Below, piece by piece: positions 15,001 to 26,969 of a DNA stretch of 64,000 bases. The DNA is taken from positions 21,392,001 to 21,456,000 of the forward strand of contig OZ249436.1 in assembly GCA_965235115.1 (NCBI GenBank), written 5' to 3'. The notes beneath the pieces were generated by a model. That model did not search any database, was not told where the DNA came from, and saw nothing but the letters and a program-made list of their open reading frames with translations. The translations under genes and the position numbers were made by a program. The DNA is from Laetmonice hystrix. Lineage: Eukaryota. Position 1 is the stretch's first letter, and every line of letters begins with the position of its first letter.

Positions 15001-16985
15001 ACAGGTGGGCCTATATGGTTTGCACCGCAAGGAAAACATGCTTTCTCTTTTTTTTTCTGGTCGCCAAGGGAGTTATTTTGCCGGCGGTGTTAACAGGTTC
15101 TCGCTCCTCATGCGCCAGTTACAGTTCAGTTGAGTACAATCATTTGCCGCATGGGGTGCCGCGAACTTCCTCGAGTGCTACCTTACTTTCCGCATGGAAG
15201 CCATCTTGGCATGGTAGACCAAACATGGCGGAACGACACCGAACCCCATACAATAGTTGCCTGGAACTACTGTTTATGTATTGTCAATACTTAACTAGCG
15301 GTAAGTGTTTTGTATTGAAAACAGGGACGATATAAGAAAGCTCGCTTTGCCTTTCTAATGCGGAATCAGACCGCATTGCGCAACAAGGGAGAACCACGAA
15401 AGGCAATGTGCAGTCAATGTTTCCGTTTTAGGCTAAAATCTCATTTTAGCATGAAAGGTATCTTTGAAAGGTATTATTAAATTATTATTTCCATCCTCCC
15501 GACTATCACCAAGGCCATAGGGTTCATATGTTACAAAAGAGAAGCTATCTCTGGATATTGCTAAAATATAAAGGCTTATTAAAGATATTTCTGTATGTCC
15601 ATGCATGCTCGATATGGAATTGTCAGTGCAATATAGGACTAACAACAACATCGTCATCCACCATTTGCAATCAGCGTATCGATCAGCATTAAAACGGGAA
15701 CATTATTTTATACTTTATAGTTTCGTCATTTTTTTAACCGAGTTAACGATGTTAACGGTTAAACCCCATTCTAAGGATCTTCATCTCCGTTACTTATTTT
15801 AGTTTCTATTTGATATGTTTCATGCATAAGGTTGAAAAAAATCATCCAATGATCACGTAATGCTAGAGTAAAAGAAGAAGAGGCACAAACCAAATGACAG
15901 CAAGCAACTCTTTGTCCTGCTCAGACAGTCGCATGTTTCTCGACATGATGGGACTGTAATTATAATCCTGTACATTGTCCCCGTACGACACTTTCAGAGG
16001 TCAGGCAGGAAAACCCGGCTGCCCTTCCCAGGTGCATGTTCTGTGGAATGCATGACTTAATGCCGTTGTTGAAGTGAAGGTCTTCGATGGACCATTGGGA
16101 TAATTTTCTTCATGACGTCTTCAACAGATATATTTTGTATCCCAATTTTCTATGACCTGCCTGCCAACAGGTCTTCAACGTAACAGTTATGACTACCCGG
16201 GGTATGTGGTATTTTCCTAATTCATAGGAATCTCACGAGACATGAAAGAAGCAACGGGACAAACACCTGAGACTTCACTGGTCATTGTTAAGGGTGGAGT
16301 CTGATTCTGCTGTCTTGATCGTTCAAAATGGTTTTGACCCTTTTGTGTCGCTAAACACGGAGTGGGTGTAGGGAGGTATTACCCCGAACTCGTATCCGTT
16401 TATGTTTGGGACACTCTAGCAATTGCTGCCCTTAGGCCATGTTCAAAAGACTTTTCTTTGATCCAAAAAAAGGACGGAGGTGAATGCCGAGGAACTTTAT
16501 GTATATACTCTAAGTTGAATTTGGCTATTAGACATTTTACATTTTCGCCATTGATCATAATACAATGAGGATGAAATATTGTGGGAGACATAAAAGAGCG
16601 ATTGTTGCCCCTAGTGCGGTTGAGTCCGCAAATTTTTAAATGTCCGAGTGTCACGGTTGGGTAGTGCCTGATTTTAGTTATTACCGCTAGTGTATACGCC
16701 GCCTTATAACTGTCATGATAATGCGTCGTATTTTTAGGCCAGTCGGGAGGTGTTCAGAGTTCGAAGACAAGGATCTTATCGATTTAATATGTAAAAGTAT
16801 CAACACTGCTGTAATAATACTACGCAGGGAATGTTGGTGGTGAAAACTCGTAATTTAGTTATCAGACATTCTGAGTATCTGTGATTACGAAGAAAATAAT
16901 GCCAAATATCAGAGATAATATACGGAATTACTCTACCCGTTATATTGGCTTATAAACTTATATAAAGCATCACTTTGGCCAGAAG

Positions 16986-17148
16986 TTAAAGCAATCACAG
17001 AGTATCTCTCATTTCAATGACTCCAAAATGTAGACATGGGCTGTTAGGTTTAATAGATAATAAATGTATACACAGAAATAGAGAAATCCAATTAAATTCA
17101 ACATTCAAGTTGCCTGTTGTCGCTATGAAGCGAACTTCTCATGGCTGG
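16986..17148. mobile_element. Family A Kolobok-like element end (inverted copy)
   Basis: TTAA-AGCAATCACAGAGTATCTCTCATTTCAATGACTCCAAAATG...; reverse complement of 22456-22631. Confidence 0.7.
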
Positions 17149-17150
17149 TG

Positions 17151-18196
17151 AGCCTGTTTTACATGCGCTCGCAGACCCAAAGATCGTCGTGTTTTCCGAA
17201 GTTCTTGCAGTGTCAGCGATCAGTCGCAACCATCTCTTTTTCTGCGATTTAAAAAAAAACACTCTCAGAACCTGCAATGGGCGTGAATGGTTTTGCTCAC
17301 TGCGTTAAATTTTCTTGCCATGTGTCTGTTTAGTCCTGTTTGTGAAGGAAGACATCTTTGGGCAATCTCCGCCACAGGAAGTGAAAGTAGGGGATTCCCC
17401 GTACAGCGTACATGTAATTGCGTCATGAGTGCGACCAATCGCAGCCCTGCGAAGGGGCTGGCAGTTTGCAAGGCCGTTCATAAAACGTTCGCAACCTGCC
17501 TGCGATCGATCAGTCAATAAAACCCGTCGCAATCGCTAATCTTCGAGCGCTTCCGGTCATTTGGCCTGGAAAATGGCACGAGCTGGGTGGGAGATGCGCG
17601 CGCATAAGAGTTATGTCCGATTCGACACGAAAACCACCGATTTCCTACGATATGCACTTATTCTCCACGATTCTTCACGACACGACTTTTTGTCTACGAC
17701 ACGACAAGACAAGTGTTCTCACACATTACGATTTTGGGTTGCGAATGTGTAGAACAGGATTTCCTGCCGTGTCTCAAGTTTTCGTGTTGTGAATAATCGT
17801 ACGACAGGTGTCCTCACACTACACGATTTGCGGCGATTTCTTACGATAACTTCCTACGACACGATAAGATAAAGTGTTAGCGGGAAGTTTCTGGTCATTT
17901 GACCCGGAAAATGAGGTGCGCGCGCAGAGAGTTTATGTGCGATACGACAAGAAAACCACTGATTTCCTACAATAGGGCAGTGATTCTCCAAGATTTTTTA
18001 CAACACGATTTTTTGTCTACGACAGGACAAGACGGGCGCTCTTACACATGACGATTTCCTACGACACGACAAGAAAAACTGTCGTGCGAGAAAGAAATTT
18101 CAACATGTCGGCCAACCTCTCAGTCTTTACGATAACCACCGACAACACACGAAAATTTGTTTTGTCGTAAGAAAATCGTGTAGTGTGAGGCAGGCT
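17151..18196. mobile_element. PIF/Harbinger-like non-autonomous element or composite with an internal duplication
   Basis: The right end reverse-complements to AGCCTGCCTCACACTACACG and is followed by TAA; the left end is AGCCTGTTTTACA. Repeated TCACAC/ACGA motifs, and a diverged ~180-bp duplication (about 17550-17735 vs 17890-18060). No matching TSD. Confidence 0.5.
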
Positions 18197-18713
18197 TAAA
18201 GCCACCACGATACGCCACGATACGATGCTTTACTCTACATGACGTGTTGCATCAAAGTGACGCATATTTCTTGGCTTGGTTGATCAAAGACGTGTGGGTT
18301 GCCAATCTTCCACCAACGCAGGTGTGATGTGAAGTAAATATAGATCATAAAGTCCAGAGGTACGTCAATTTACTTGGTGGGAATCACAAATTTTGCAGTG
18401 TGTTCAGTTCTGTGAAAGCAGAGAGTTGAAGACACATTGCAGTGGCGGATCATAGAATTGACCATGCTGGACCCCCTCCCCCACTTTTTTTTAACTTAGG
18501 AGAACAGTTAAGGGTATTTAGGGCCTAGATTATATGTGTAATTTGGCATTAAAGAGTATCACCGTTGAACCCCACTCCCATCAGTTACTCAACCTTACCG
18601 TTGATTCAGTGAAAGTTACGAGCGCTGTGGCAATGTCAGCTCCTCAGTGTGAAAAAGTCAATGTCTTACTCTCTACTGACAAAAAAAAAAACAACTTTAA
18701 CTCTAAACGAATA

Positions 18714-18930
18714 CAGGGCCGGATCCACAGGGGTTGTGGGGCTTGCAACCTCCTTAGAAATAAAAAAACCAATGTTGTCAAATGTCCGTCCTCAAAGAAC
18801 CACAGTGTGAATTTGGAATCTAAAACGGTAAGTAGCCTATATATTTCATAAGGTAATAATAATTTCGGACTAGACGACTGCAACCCCCCCCCCCCCCCCC
18901 CATACAAATACAATCCTGGATCCGGCCCCG
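18714..18930. mobile_element. MITE with CAGGGCCGGATCCA-type TIRs (hAT-like)
   Basis: CAGGGCCGGATCCA...TGGATCCGGCCCCG, with an internal poly-C tract and repeated TGCAACC; TSD not recognisable. Confidence 0.6.
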
Positions 18931-19555
18931 TGAACCGCATGGGTTGAAGAATTGTGAATTGAGTAAAACCTTGATATATTAACTATGAAACAAAATTGAT
19001 GTTCATACAAATACGACGTCCTGTATTACGTTTATCTTTGGGCAATCTGCATTCCATGCTTGGTTGTTCGAAAGCTGCCTCTTAGCGTTGTATACATGTA
19101 TTTATGTTTTCCACGCTATACACGTCCTGTGATTCATTATTTCCGTGGGGTTCCGTGCCATACCAGTAGGGGTTCTCGCCAAGTGCCCTGGAGAGTTCTC
19201 GCGAGGGGTCGTGTCAGGTCATGGGGGTGTGACCTTTTGACAACGGGACAGTATCCTCGACACCCGTGTTCTGGTGGGTACTGCGCCTGACCTTGGACTA
19301 ATAAGAGTTATTAGTATTCCAAGATCTTCCCCTGATAGTGGTGTGCTAAAAGTATAGGTCGACTAATCCTTGCTCCACTGTTTTCGCTCTCTAACACATG
19401 GAGCTGCTGCCCATAGACTGACTCATATTCCTTGCTAACTGAACTGTGATTGTAATCATTGATGATCTTAGTTAAAATTTCCTATCCATTCCACTGGTAT
19501 ACAGTATAGTCTATAGACTTTATTATTTTCAAAGTGGGGGAGGGTTCTGCCTTAA

Positions 19556-19895
19556 AGTGCTACAGACATCACAATTAACATGAAATTTTGTACCCGATCC
19601 CGATAATACTTGTAATTTGTCGTTGTTCTGTAAAGGAACGGTTGTCGTACAACAACGTAAACTGTCTGTAACCCGTGATCAAAATGACCAATTCCCGTGC
19701 ATACGTCACTTCCGGTTTTCGGTCAAGAGCAGTCGGGAGCGAGACTGCGATGTAGCGCGTGCTTCAAATTGTCAATATTTTTACAAATGTTACTTTCTAA
19801 GAGAATGTATCAGAAAAAACCATCCCGGACACGTCTACAACTCACACTTGATCTATCTAGATCAGTAAAGGCGCCTATGTGATGTCTGTAGCACT
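19556..19895. mobile_element. Kolobok-like MITE, 340 bp
   Basis: Perfect 18-bp TIR AGTGCTACAGACATCACA with TTAA on both sides (19552-19555, 19896-19899); AG...CT termini. Confidence 0.85.
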
Positions 19896-22257
19896 TTAAA
19901 AACTTAGATCTTAAACAAGAGCACTGCAGTTATAGTTTTACTCGGTTAATGGTATCCCAGTGACGAAAATATTGCGAGGAATTCATTGGAGGATTATAAC
20001 GAGTTTTCTCTTGCCGAGAGCGCCATCTGTAACGGTCACATGACTATACGGGGCTTGAGACCGATAGGTATATAAGGCTTTGCCAAGTCTCAGTTAAATT
20101 AATTAGTTACTCCCCTTCACCCATCCTTCCCCCGCCATAGGCAATGTACAGAGTCATATTAACACTCGTGTCCTCACAGCCAGTATCGTTCCCATATTTA
20201 TCACCGCACGGCTCAGACTCATTTTTTCTGATTATTCATATTGATTCTAATGCCATTAATAATATATGTAATGATAATATCTCAGAACTGTCAAAGACTG
20301 CAGTTGGTTTAGATCATAACCCCTTTTGTTCATTTTCTTAAGTTCGCCAGGGTCCATTATTTAATTGAAACACAGCAGACGGTACATGATGTTACATATG
20401 ATCTACAGAGAGTTATACTGTGAAAATGTCGCGGGCAAGTACAGCCATTCGCGGGAATTTCTATTCAGCTATTTTAACCCCGCTTCAAGCCATTCGGCGA
20501 TGTGCTACTTGTAAATGGATGTCTCTCACGCGCTTTTCAGCTCCCAACTGCACGACGAAAAACTCTAAGAAAGCACACTGGCTATGTTATTAAAAATTTG
20601 CCGTAAGCGTGAATTTATTATGACAAAAACAGGTTTTGCAGTTTTCGTGTCTGGAAGAGCTCCAAAACGGGCTTAACCCCTTATGATAGCGTCGCACCTT
20701 ATTTATCCAAAATTCGTTATTCGTTCTTCTTTTAGTTTTCTGTTGCACGGTTTCATCCGTTTAACGTAGTTCAACGAGTTTACAAGGGCATGGAATTTAT
20801 ACAAGCTCAATCTTACGTATACAAGAACAAGGGCAGAACTACGGGTCGATTAATGAAAAGTCACTCATGTTAAACTGGTTGTGAGACCTCCTTGAATCAG
20901 TGAAGGGAGTTCAGCTACCTTTACTGGGGAGACATCCGAAGTGACACTACAATACGGCGAGGAAGTCTGGCGCGGGTAAGACGACCGGGTCCTCGGGGAT
21001 CCTGTCTCAGTAATGACTCCTCCGTGTCGAACCAGATTAAAGCTTTCAAAGCCTGCCATGAAAGATGAAACCAATCTGACAACCCTCCGGATTCACCCTC
21101 AGACAGCAGCCTACTTCTCCCTTACCGTATACACGCAATCTACGTGCCATTTTGGCACATTACCCCTTTATAGTAAAAATGTCAATCTTGTCAAGTTGTC
21201 TTCAAACAAAGGAAAAGGCGACCCACGGAAGACCGGCAATTGCGACTGAGATCCTCTTACATATTAACGTATCATATATTTCTTTGAAAAAGTCCATGCT
21301 TCCTCCTCCCTGACACCATAAATGTACGGAAAGATGACAAGTGGCCTGCTGACAACGCGAGAGGTTACCTATATAAATACAGCCTAGCTTTGCGGATCTC
21401 CGTGCAGGAGGAAGCTGCATGGGGTCTGTTTGAAGCCAGGTCGTCACTTTTAGTCGTGACTGTCATGGAAAACACTCATTCCTTTTGTCACGTGGGAATG
21501 GCCCAAGTCCAAAACGAGTCGAGGGAAATGTCCAAACACCTTGGGCGTGCCGCAGCTCATGTGACAATCCAAAAAAGAGACGTGAGCCTTCCTTCTTTTT
21601 CTTTAAGGGAGAACCTCTCCGTATTTTCACTCCGAAAGTTGAAGCGACTTTTACCCGTGTTGTTCTTTTCCAGAATCTTTAATTTTCAGACGTTTTGACC
21701 TTCGCATTTTCCTCATGGTAGTAAAATATAATAGCGCATTAAGATAATATCCGCGATGATCACATCCTGCTACATTGTTATTGGAAAGTCGTTTAGATCC
21801 GCCGATGCGTATATGAAAGCGAGCTCGGTCATTATGCGGACGTCATGAGAGGAAAGCTTTATGGCAAAATGATTTTCAGTTTCTGATTTTACACCCATGG
21901 AATAATAAAACTGATCCTTTTCACAAAGCGCGCATAATAGTAATTCAGAGTCAGTGACAATTATATTGTACTTTCAAAAGATATTTTAAGAAATGTCTGT
22001 GACAAAGAAGATCATGGACAGTTTGCTTTACGATTTGTGAACTACTCCCTTAGTTCTGGGCGTTAGTTCACGTTAACATTCCACAGAACATTCAATGTAT
22101 GGAGACAGGTGTACATAGGGAAAGATACGTGATTCATCGAATACCAGAGGGTATAGTGTCCGCCAAGAATAGACCATAATATCGTAGACAAAATATCATG
22201 AAATTAAAGAACTATACAGTTATTCCCTTTCTCTCTCTCTATTCTCAGGAACAGGAT

Positions 22258-22395
22258 CATTGACACTTATAATCGACCCGGATCGGCATTGACACTAGTC
22301 TTCGCCGGAACGTATCAGCATTGACATTTAGCCGAAATCGATCATCATTGACACTTAGCCGAAACGTATCAGCATTGACGCTTATAGCCGAAACG
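22258..22395. repeat. Degenerate tandem repeat, about 5 units of 27-32 bp
   Basis: CATTGAC...GCCGAAAC recurs at about 22258, 22287, 22319, 22346 and 22373. Confidence 0.75.
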
Positions 22396-22455
22396 AAATC
22401 ACCAAGCATCTCTCATGTCATTGACAAAATGAAGACATTGGTTGTTAAGACATTG

Positions 22456-22631
22456 GCTTCATGGCGACAATGGGCAACTGGAATGTTAACTTTCATTAGA
22501 TTTCTTCATTTTTGTGGGTAAACATTTATTGATTTATTTGTATTTATGTAGTCTAAGGCCTTATCTACCCAAACAGTCCATGTCTGTATTTTGAAGTCAT
22601 TGAAATGAGAGATACTCGCTCATTGCTTTAA
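22456..22631. mobile_element. Family A Kolobok-like element end
   Basis: Ends ...CATTGAAATGAGAGATACTCGCTCATTGCT-TTAA; similar to the other two copies. Confidence 0.7.
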
Positions 22632-23654
22632 TAGAAACAAATTGTCATATATCCCCAAATTATGCTTCCCCTATGATCTACCTTATGATAACTATATTTC
22701 CCACGCCAATGGCAAGGGAAAATTGTATAGTGGATCATGCCCTTTAGGCACTGTGCGGTTGAGTGAAACATTGATAATTCTAGCCCCGTTTGTATAGATT
22801 CTAAGCGCTGAAATTGATACAGATCTAAGGAAATATACTGATGTATTACTAGCTGAGCAGGGACCTTATCTCGGCCACTGTGCCTGAGACCTATGGTACG
22901 GGTCTATTGCCTCCATTTTGGAGGGGTCCCCACAGGTCACATGTCAGCCGGCAGGATGGGAAACTTCAAAGAGTATTTTGGTTGTAATGACAGGCTGCAT
23001 GTCGATCCAATCGTGTATGTATGAAACGCATTGCTTGGGGTGGGTAAGAGGTTCCCGTCAAGATGAGAAGGCAAGCCTATCCATAGTAACATCCTTCTTA
23101 ATGGGGGTGCCGTGGATGTTACTAACATGAAGAAACATGCATGCTCCTTCAATCTTGAACTGACTCGCCAGATAAATAAATACCTTCCACACAATGTCAT
23201 TCGGAACTCTACTCAGAACTGTTCAACACTTCGTGTCGGGTATATATGCCCGGCATGAAATGGCCTTTCCTCATGGTCACCTTCCATACTATGCGCCTGC
23301 TATTTATGGGGTTGTGATTGGTTGCTTTGCTATCTGCAACTGCCATCTTCACGGCAAGAACAGGTTAAAGTGGCACCCCAAATTCCTAAAAAAATTCAGG
23401 TTCGAACGATAAGCGAAAGTATTTTTAAAATGGAATGAAAAAATGGAAAAATATGTCTCCGCTGTCCTTAACACGCGTCATTAGGCCTACCGCTAGCTCC
23501 CAGCCCGCGATGGCTTCAGAAAATAGCGGTCGGACCGAACGGTAACTCGAGGCCCTAACATAATGTAACTCCAAGAAATCTGCACACGAGGAGGTTGCCC
23601 TACTCCAAGTGGCAAGGGTTCGTTCATACGTGCAACTTTAATATAGCTGAGCAA

Positions 23655-24747
23655 CCCATCCCACTGCGTTCAGATATACGATATGTTACAGATAACCGTC
23701 ACCAGAAACAGAAAACTCATCCCAGTGAGTTCTGGCACGATATGTTACAGATAACCGTCACCAGAAACCAGAAAACTCATCCCAGTGAGTTCTGGCACGA
23801 TATGTTACAGATAACCGTCACCAGAAACCAGAAAACTCATCCCAGTGAGTTCTGGCAGGATATGTTACAGATAACCGTCACCAGAAACCAGAAAACTCAT
23901 CCCAGTGAGTTCTGGCAGGATATGTTACAGATAACCGTCACCAGAAACCAGAAAACTCATCCCAGTGAGTTCTGGCACGATATGTTACAGATAACCGTCA
24001 CCAGAAACCAGAAAACTCATGCCAGTGAGTTCTGGCACGATATGTTACAGATAACCGTCACCAGAAACCAGAAAACTCATCCCAGTGAGTTCTGGCACGA
24101 TATGTTACAGATAACCGTCACCAGAAACCAGAAAACTCATGCCAATGAGTTCAGACACGACATAACCATCACCAGAAACCAGACAATGCGTTCAGACACG
24201 ATATGTTACAGATCACCTTCACCAGAAACCAGAAAACTCATCCCAATGTGTTCAGATGCGATATGTTACATAATATAACCATCACCAGAAACCAGACAAT
24301 ACGTTCAGACACGATATGTTACAGATCACCGTCACCAGAAACCAGAAAACTCATCCCAATGTGTTCAGATGCGATATGTTACATAATATAACCATCACCA
24401 GAAACCAGACAATGCGTTCAGATACGATATGTTACAGATCACCGTCACCAGAAACCAGAAAACTCATCCCAATGTGTTCAGACACGATATGTTACAGACC
24501 ACCTTCACCAGAAACCAGAAAACTCATCCCAATGTGTTCAGACACGATATGTTACAGACCACCTTCACCAGAAACCAGAAAACTCATCCCAATGTGTTCA
24601 GATGCGATATGTTACATAATATAACCATCACCAGAAACCAGACAATACGTTCAGACACGATATGTTACAGATCACCGTCACCAGAAACCAGAAAACTCAT
24701 CCCAATGTGTTCAGACACGATATGTTACAGACCACCTTCACCAGAAA
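23655..24747. repeat. Minisatellite: 60-bp unit changing to a 113-bp (60+53) higher-order unit
   Basis: About 8 near-identical copies of CACGATATGTTACAGATAACCGTCACCAGAAACCAGAAAACTCATCCCAGTGAGTTCTGG, then mixed 60-bp and 53-bp variants. Confidence 0.95.
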
Positions 24748-26581
24748 AGAGCCTGGTGTTTTGTAAGACATAATATTATGAGCTTTACCCGATAACATTC
24801 TTTCCCATTCACCGAAGACGTATAAAAGAGTTATCACGCACTTCGAATGGAACTCTTCTTTTGTCCAAATTATGTATAACTATCCCATCATTACCCATCA
24901 TACCCATATTTGGCAGGAATGTATCCTCATAAATACTTGGTGCCGGGAATGTGGGGCTAATTTCCTATGATTTGTATAAGGCTTGTCATGAAATAGCTTG
25001 AATGTATACGCATTATTTGTTTAAAGACCGTCAATACTAACATCAATTCAGTAAGAAATTCAGTAGATAGCCCAACATAACCCCAATCTGGCAACCAATA
25101 CTTTAACTATCATATTTGTAACGCTTGTTTTGGATAAGCCCATCTTTTATGACATTTTGGCTGGCATACTTTAATTATGGAGAACATTTCCGCTGCCCCG
25201 GAACATTACCAAGTGCCCTGGTACTTTGCCATGAAGGAACAGGTAAATTTAACCCTCTCTATAAGTGGAGGAATGCCTAAAATACCGTGGCAGTATTATT
25301 CTGAATCAATAAAATAGTTGTCAACGGACAGATATTAGCACTGCTGAAAATTGGCTTGGTATAAAAGGTAGCGGTAATGATGGCTTTAATAGGACGATCC
25401 AATTATGACGTTCGCCACTCACGTCACACTGATTTTCTTATAATTTCAGAAAGTGCGATCACGGTTAAAACTCAGCCTTGTGTCTACGTATCACAACCTA
25501 TAGAGGGATAAAAAAAGAGAAAATAGTCGGAAAACGATAAAAAATATGTTAGTGAGTGGTACACCGAACTGCACACAACTCCATACAAAACGAGGACGGT
25601 TTAAATGCGATTCGACCATTCTGAACGAGACAAGATTTCCTAAATTTGTTTTTTTCTAATGTTGCTATAAGTGCAGTACACGTATGGTGCATCCTGATGA
25701 ATCTAATATTTTATTGGAATTTTACGTGACCAGGGCTAATTTTGAAGATACATTTCCGAAAGTGTGTCCGCAAGTGTTTTACATATACGGCACGGAAGGG
25801 GTTTTTAATACCAGTCTTATAAAAACTGGTCGGCAATGCATCTTCAACTTGCGACAGGTCGCCCTTAGGTATGCAACCTAGCCGTGTTCTCCATTCAGAG
25901 ATGTCGACGGGGGTCTATGAACGGAGTGCCGGATAGATTGGAGATTCACAGTGCCATGCGCCAAACTTGTATGGTTTACCTGAATATAACTCGTAGAAGT
26001 TCGTCAGGGCGAACATTCTAAAGCCAAGTGCATTTATATCTTTGGGATGGTGGTAGCTGGTTTTTGTTCACCCATGCTAATTATATTCAAAGCATGTCGA
26101 GTAGAGTACAGCCGTCATCAATAATCCCGAAATCCTATCCACACATATATCTATGTAGCCACCGATTAGGTCTATCGTCACACTGGGCTAGGTTCGGATG
26201 GGTCGGGGGCGGCTGAATTGTGCAATGTGTCTCAAGGCCCATAGGTATATATCACCTTAACGTTGACATTATGTTAAGGGCAGGCCTGACCCCCCGCCCA
26301 CTCTGTGTCCCCCTCCCGGCTTAGGAACACCATAGTGTGAGGATGAGGACGTGCCATCAGGACTGAAAGCACCCTCCAGCGCCAGTATTTCCCCTGTCGA
26401 TGGTATACTATAGGCGGGCTGTGGAACCTGTCACGCCTTGGACTCATACATAATTACTCCAAGGGCAAACCAGCAACTTTCTGGGAATTTACCATTGCTT
26501 CATTAACCCCACAGACAGAATGTCACTGGTACAGTCAGACCTCATTAATCCGTGCTTCTTTAATTTGTATACCTCACAATC

Positions 26582-26969
26582 TATGGGACGCCGTTGGTAC
26601 TTTTATTCAGCAACTACAGATATCTTCAAATATTTGAAGATATCCTCAAATGATTTGAATACCCTCAAATGATTTGAAGATATCCTCAATTCTTTTAGGA
26701 TATCTGCAAAACATTTAAAGTGATGTTCGCACATATCCTTAATTCTATTAAAGATATCTTAAAAAGAATTACAGATATCTTCAATTGAATTACAGATGTC
26801 CACAATTCATTTACAGATATCCACAATTCATTTACAGATCTTCAAATCAAATGAATTGTGGATATCTTCAAATGAATTGAAGATATCTTCAAATCAATTG
26901 AAGATAACTTAAAATATTTGAAGATAGCTGTAATTTTATGCTGAATAAAAGTACCAACGGCATTCCATA
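26582..26969. mobile_element. IS3EU-like non-autonomous DNA transposon
   Basis: TATGG...CCATA termini; ~30-bp TIR containing GCCGTTGGTACTTTTATTCAGCA; 6-bp TSD ACAATC (26576-26581 and 26970-26975); internal ~22-bp GATATCTTCAAA repeats. Confidence 0.82.

Noticed and set aside
14862..15335. 157-aa + strand ORF and other 60-140 aa ORFs in the track
   Set aside because: No recognisable domains, random-like composition and frequent non-ATG starts; expected by chance in non-coding DNA.
23595..24773. 227-aa repeat ORF and following ORFs as a repetitive protein gene
   Set aside because: They result from a 60-bp unit that happens to lack stops in one frame. The start is non-ATG, the frame breaks at the 53-bp units, and there is no splice or homology support.
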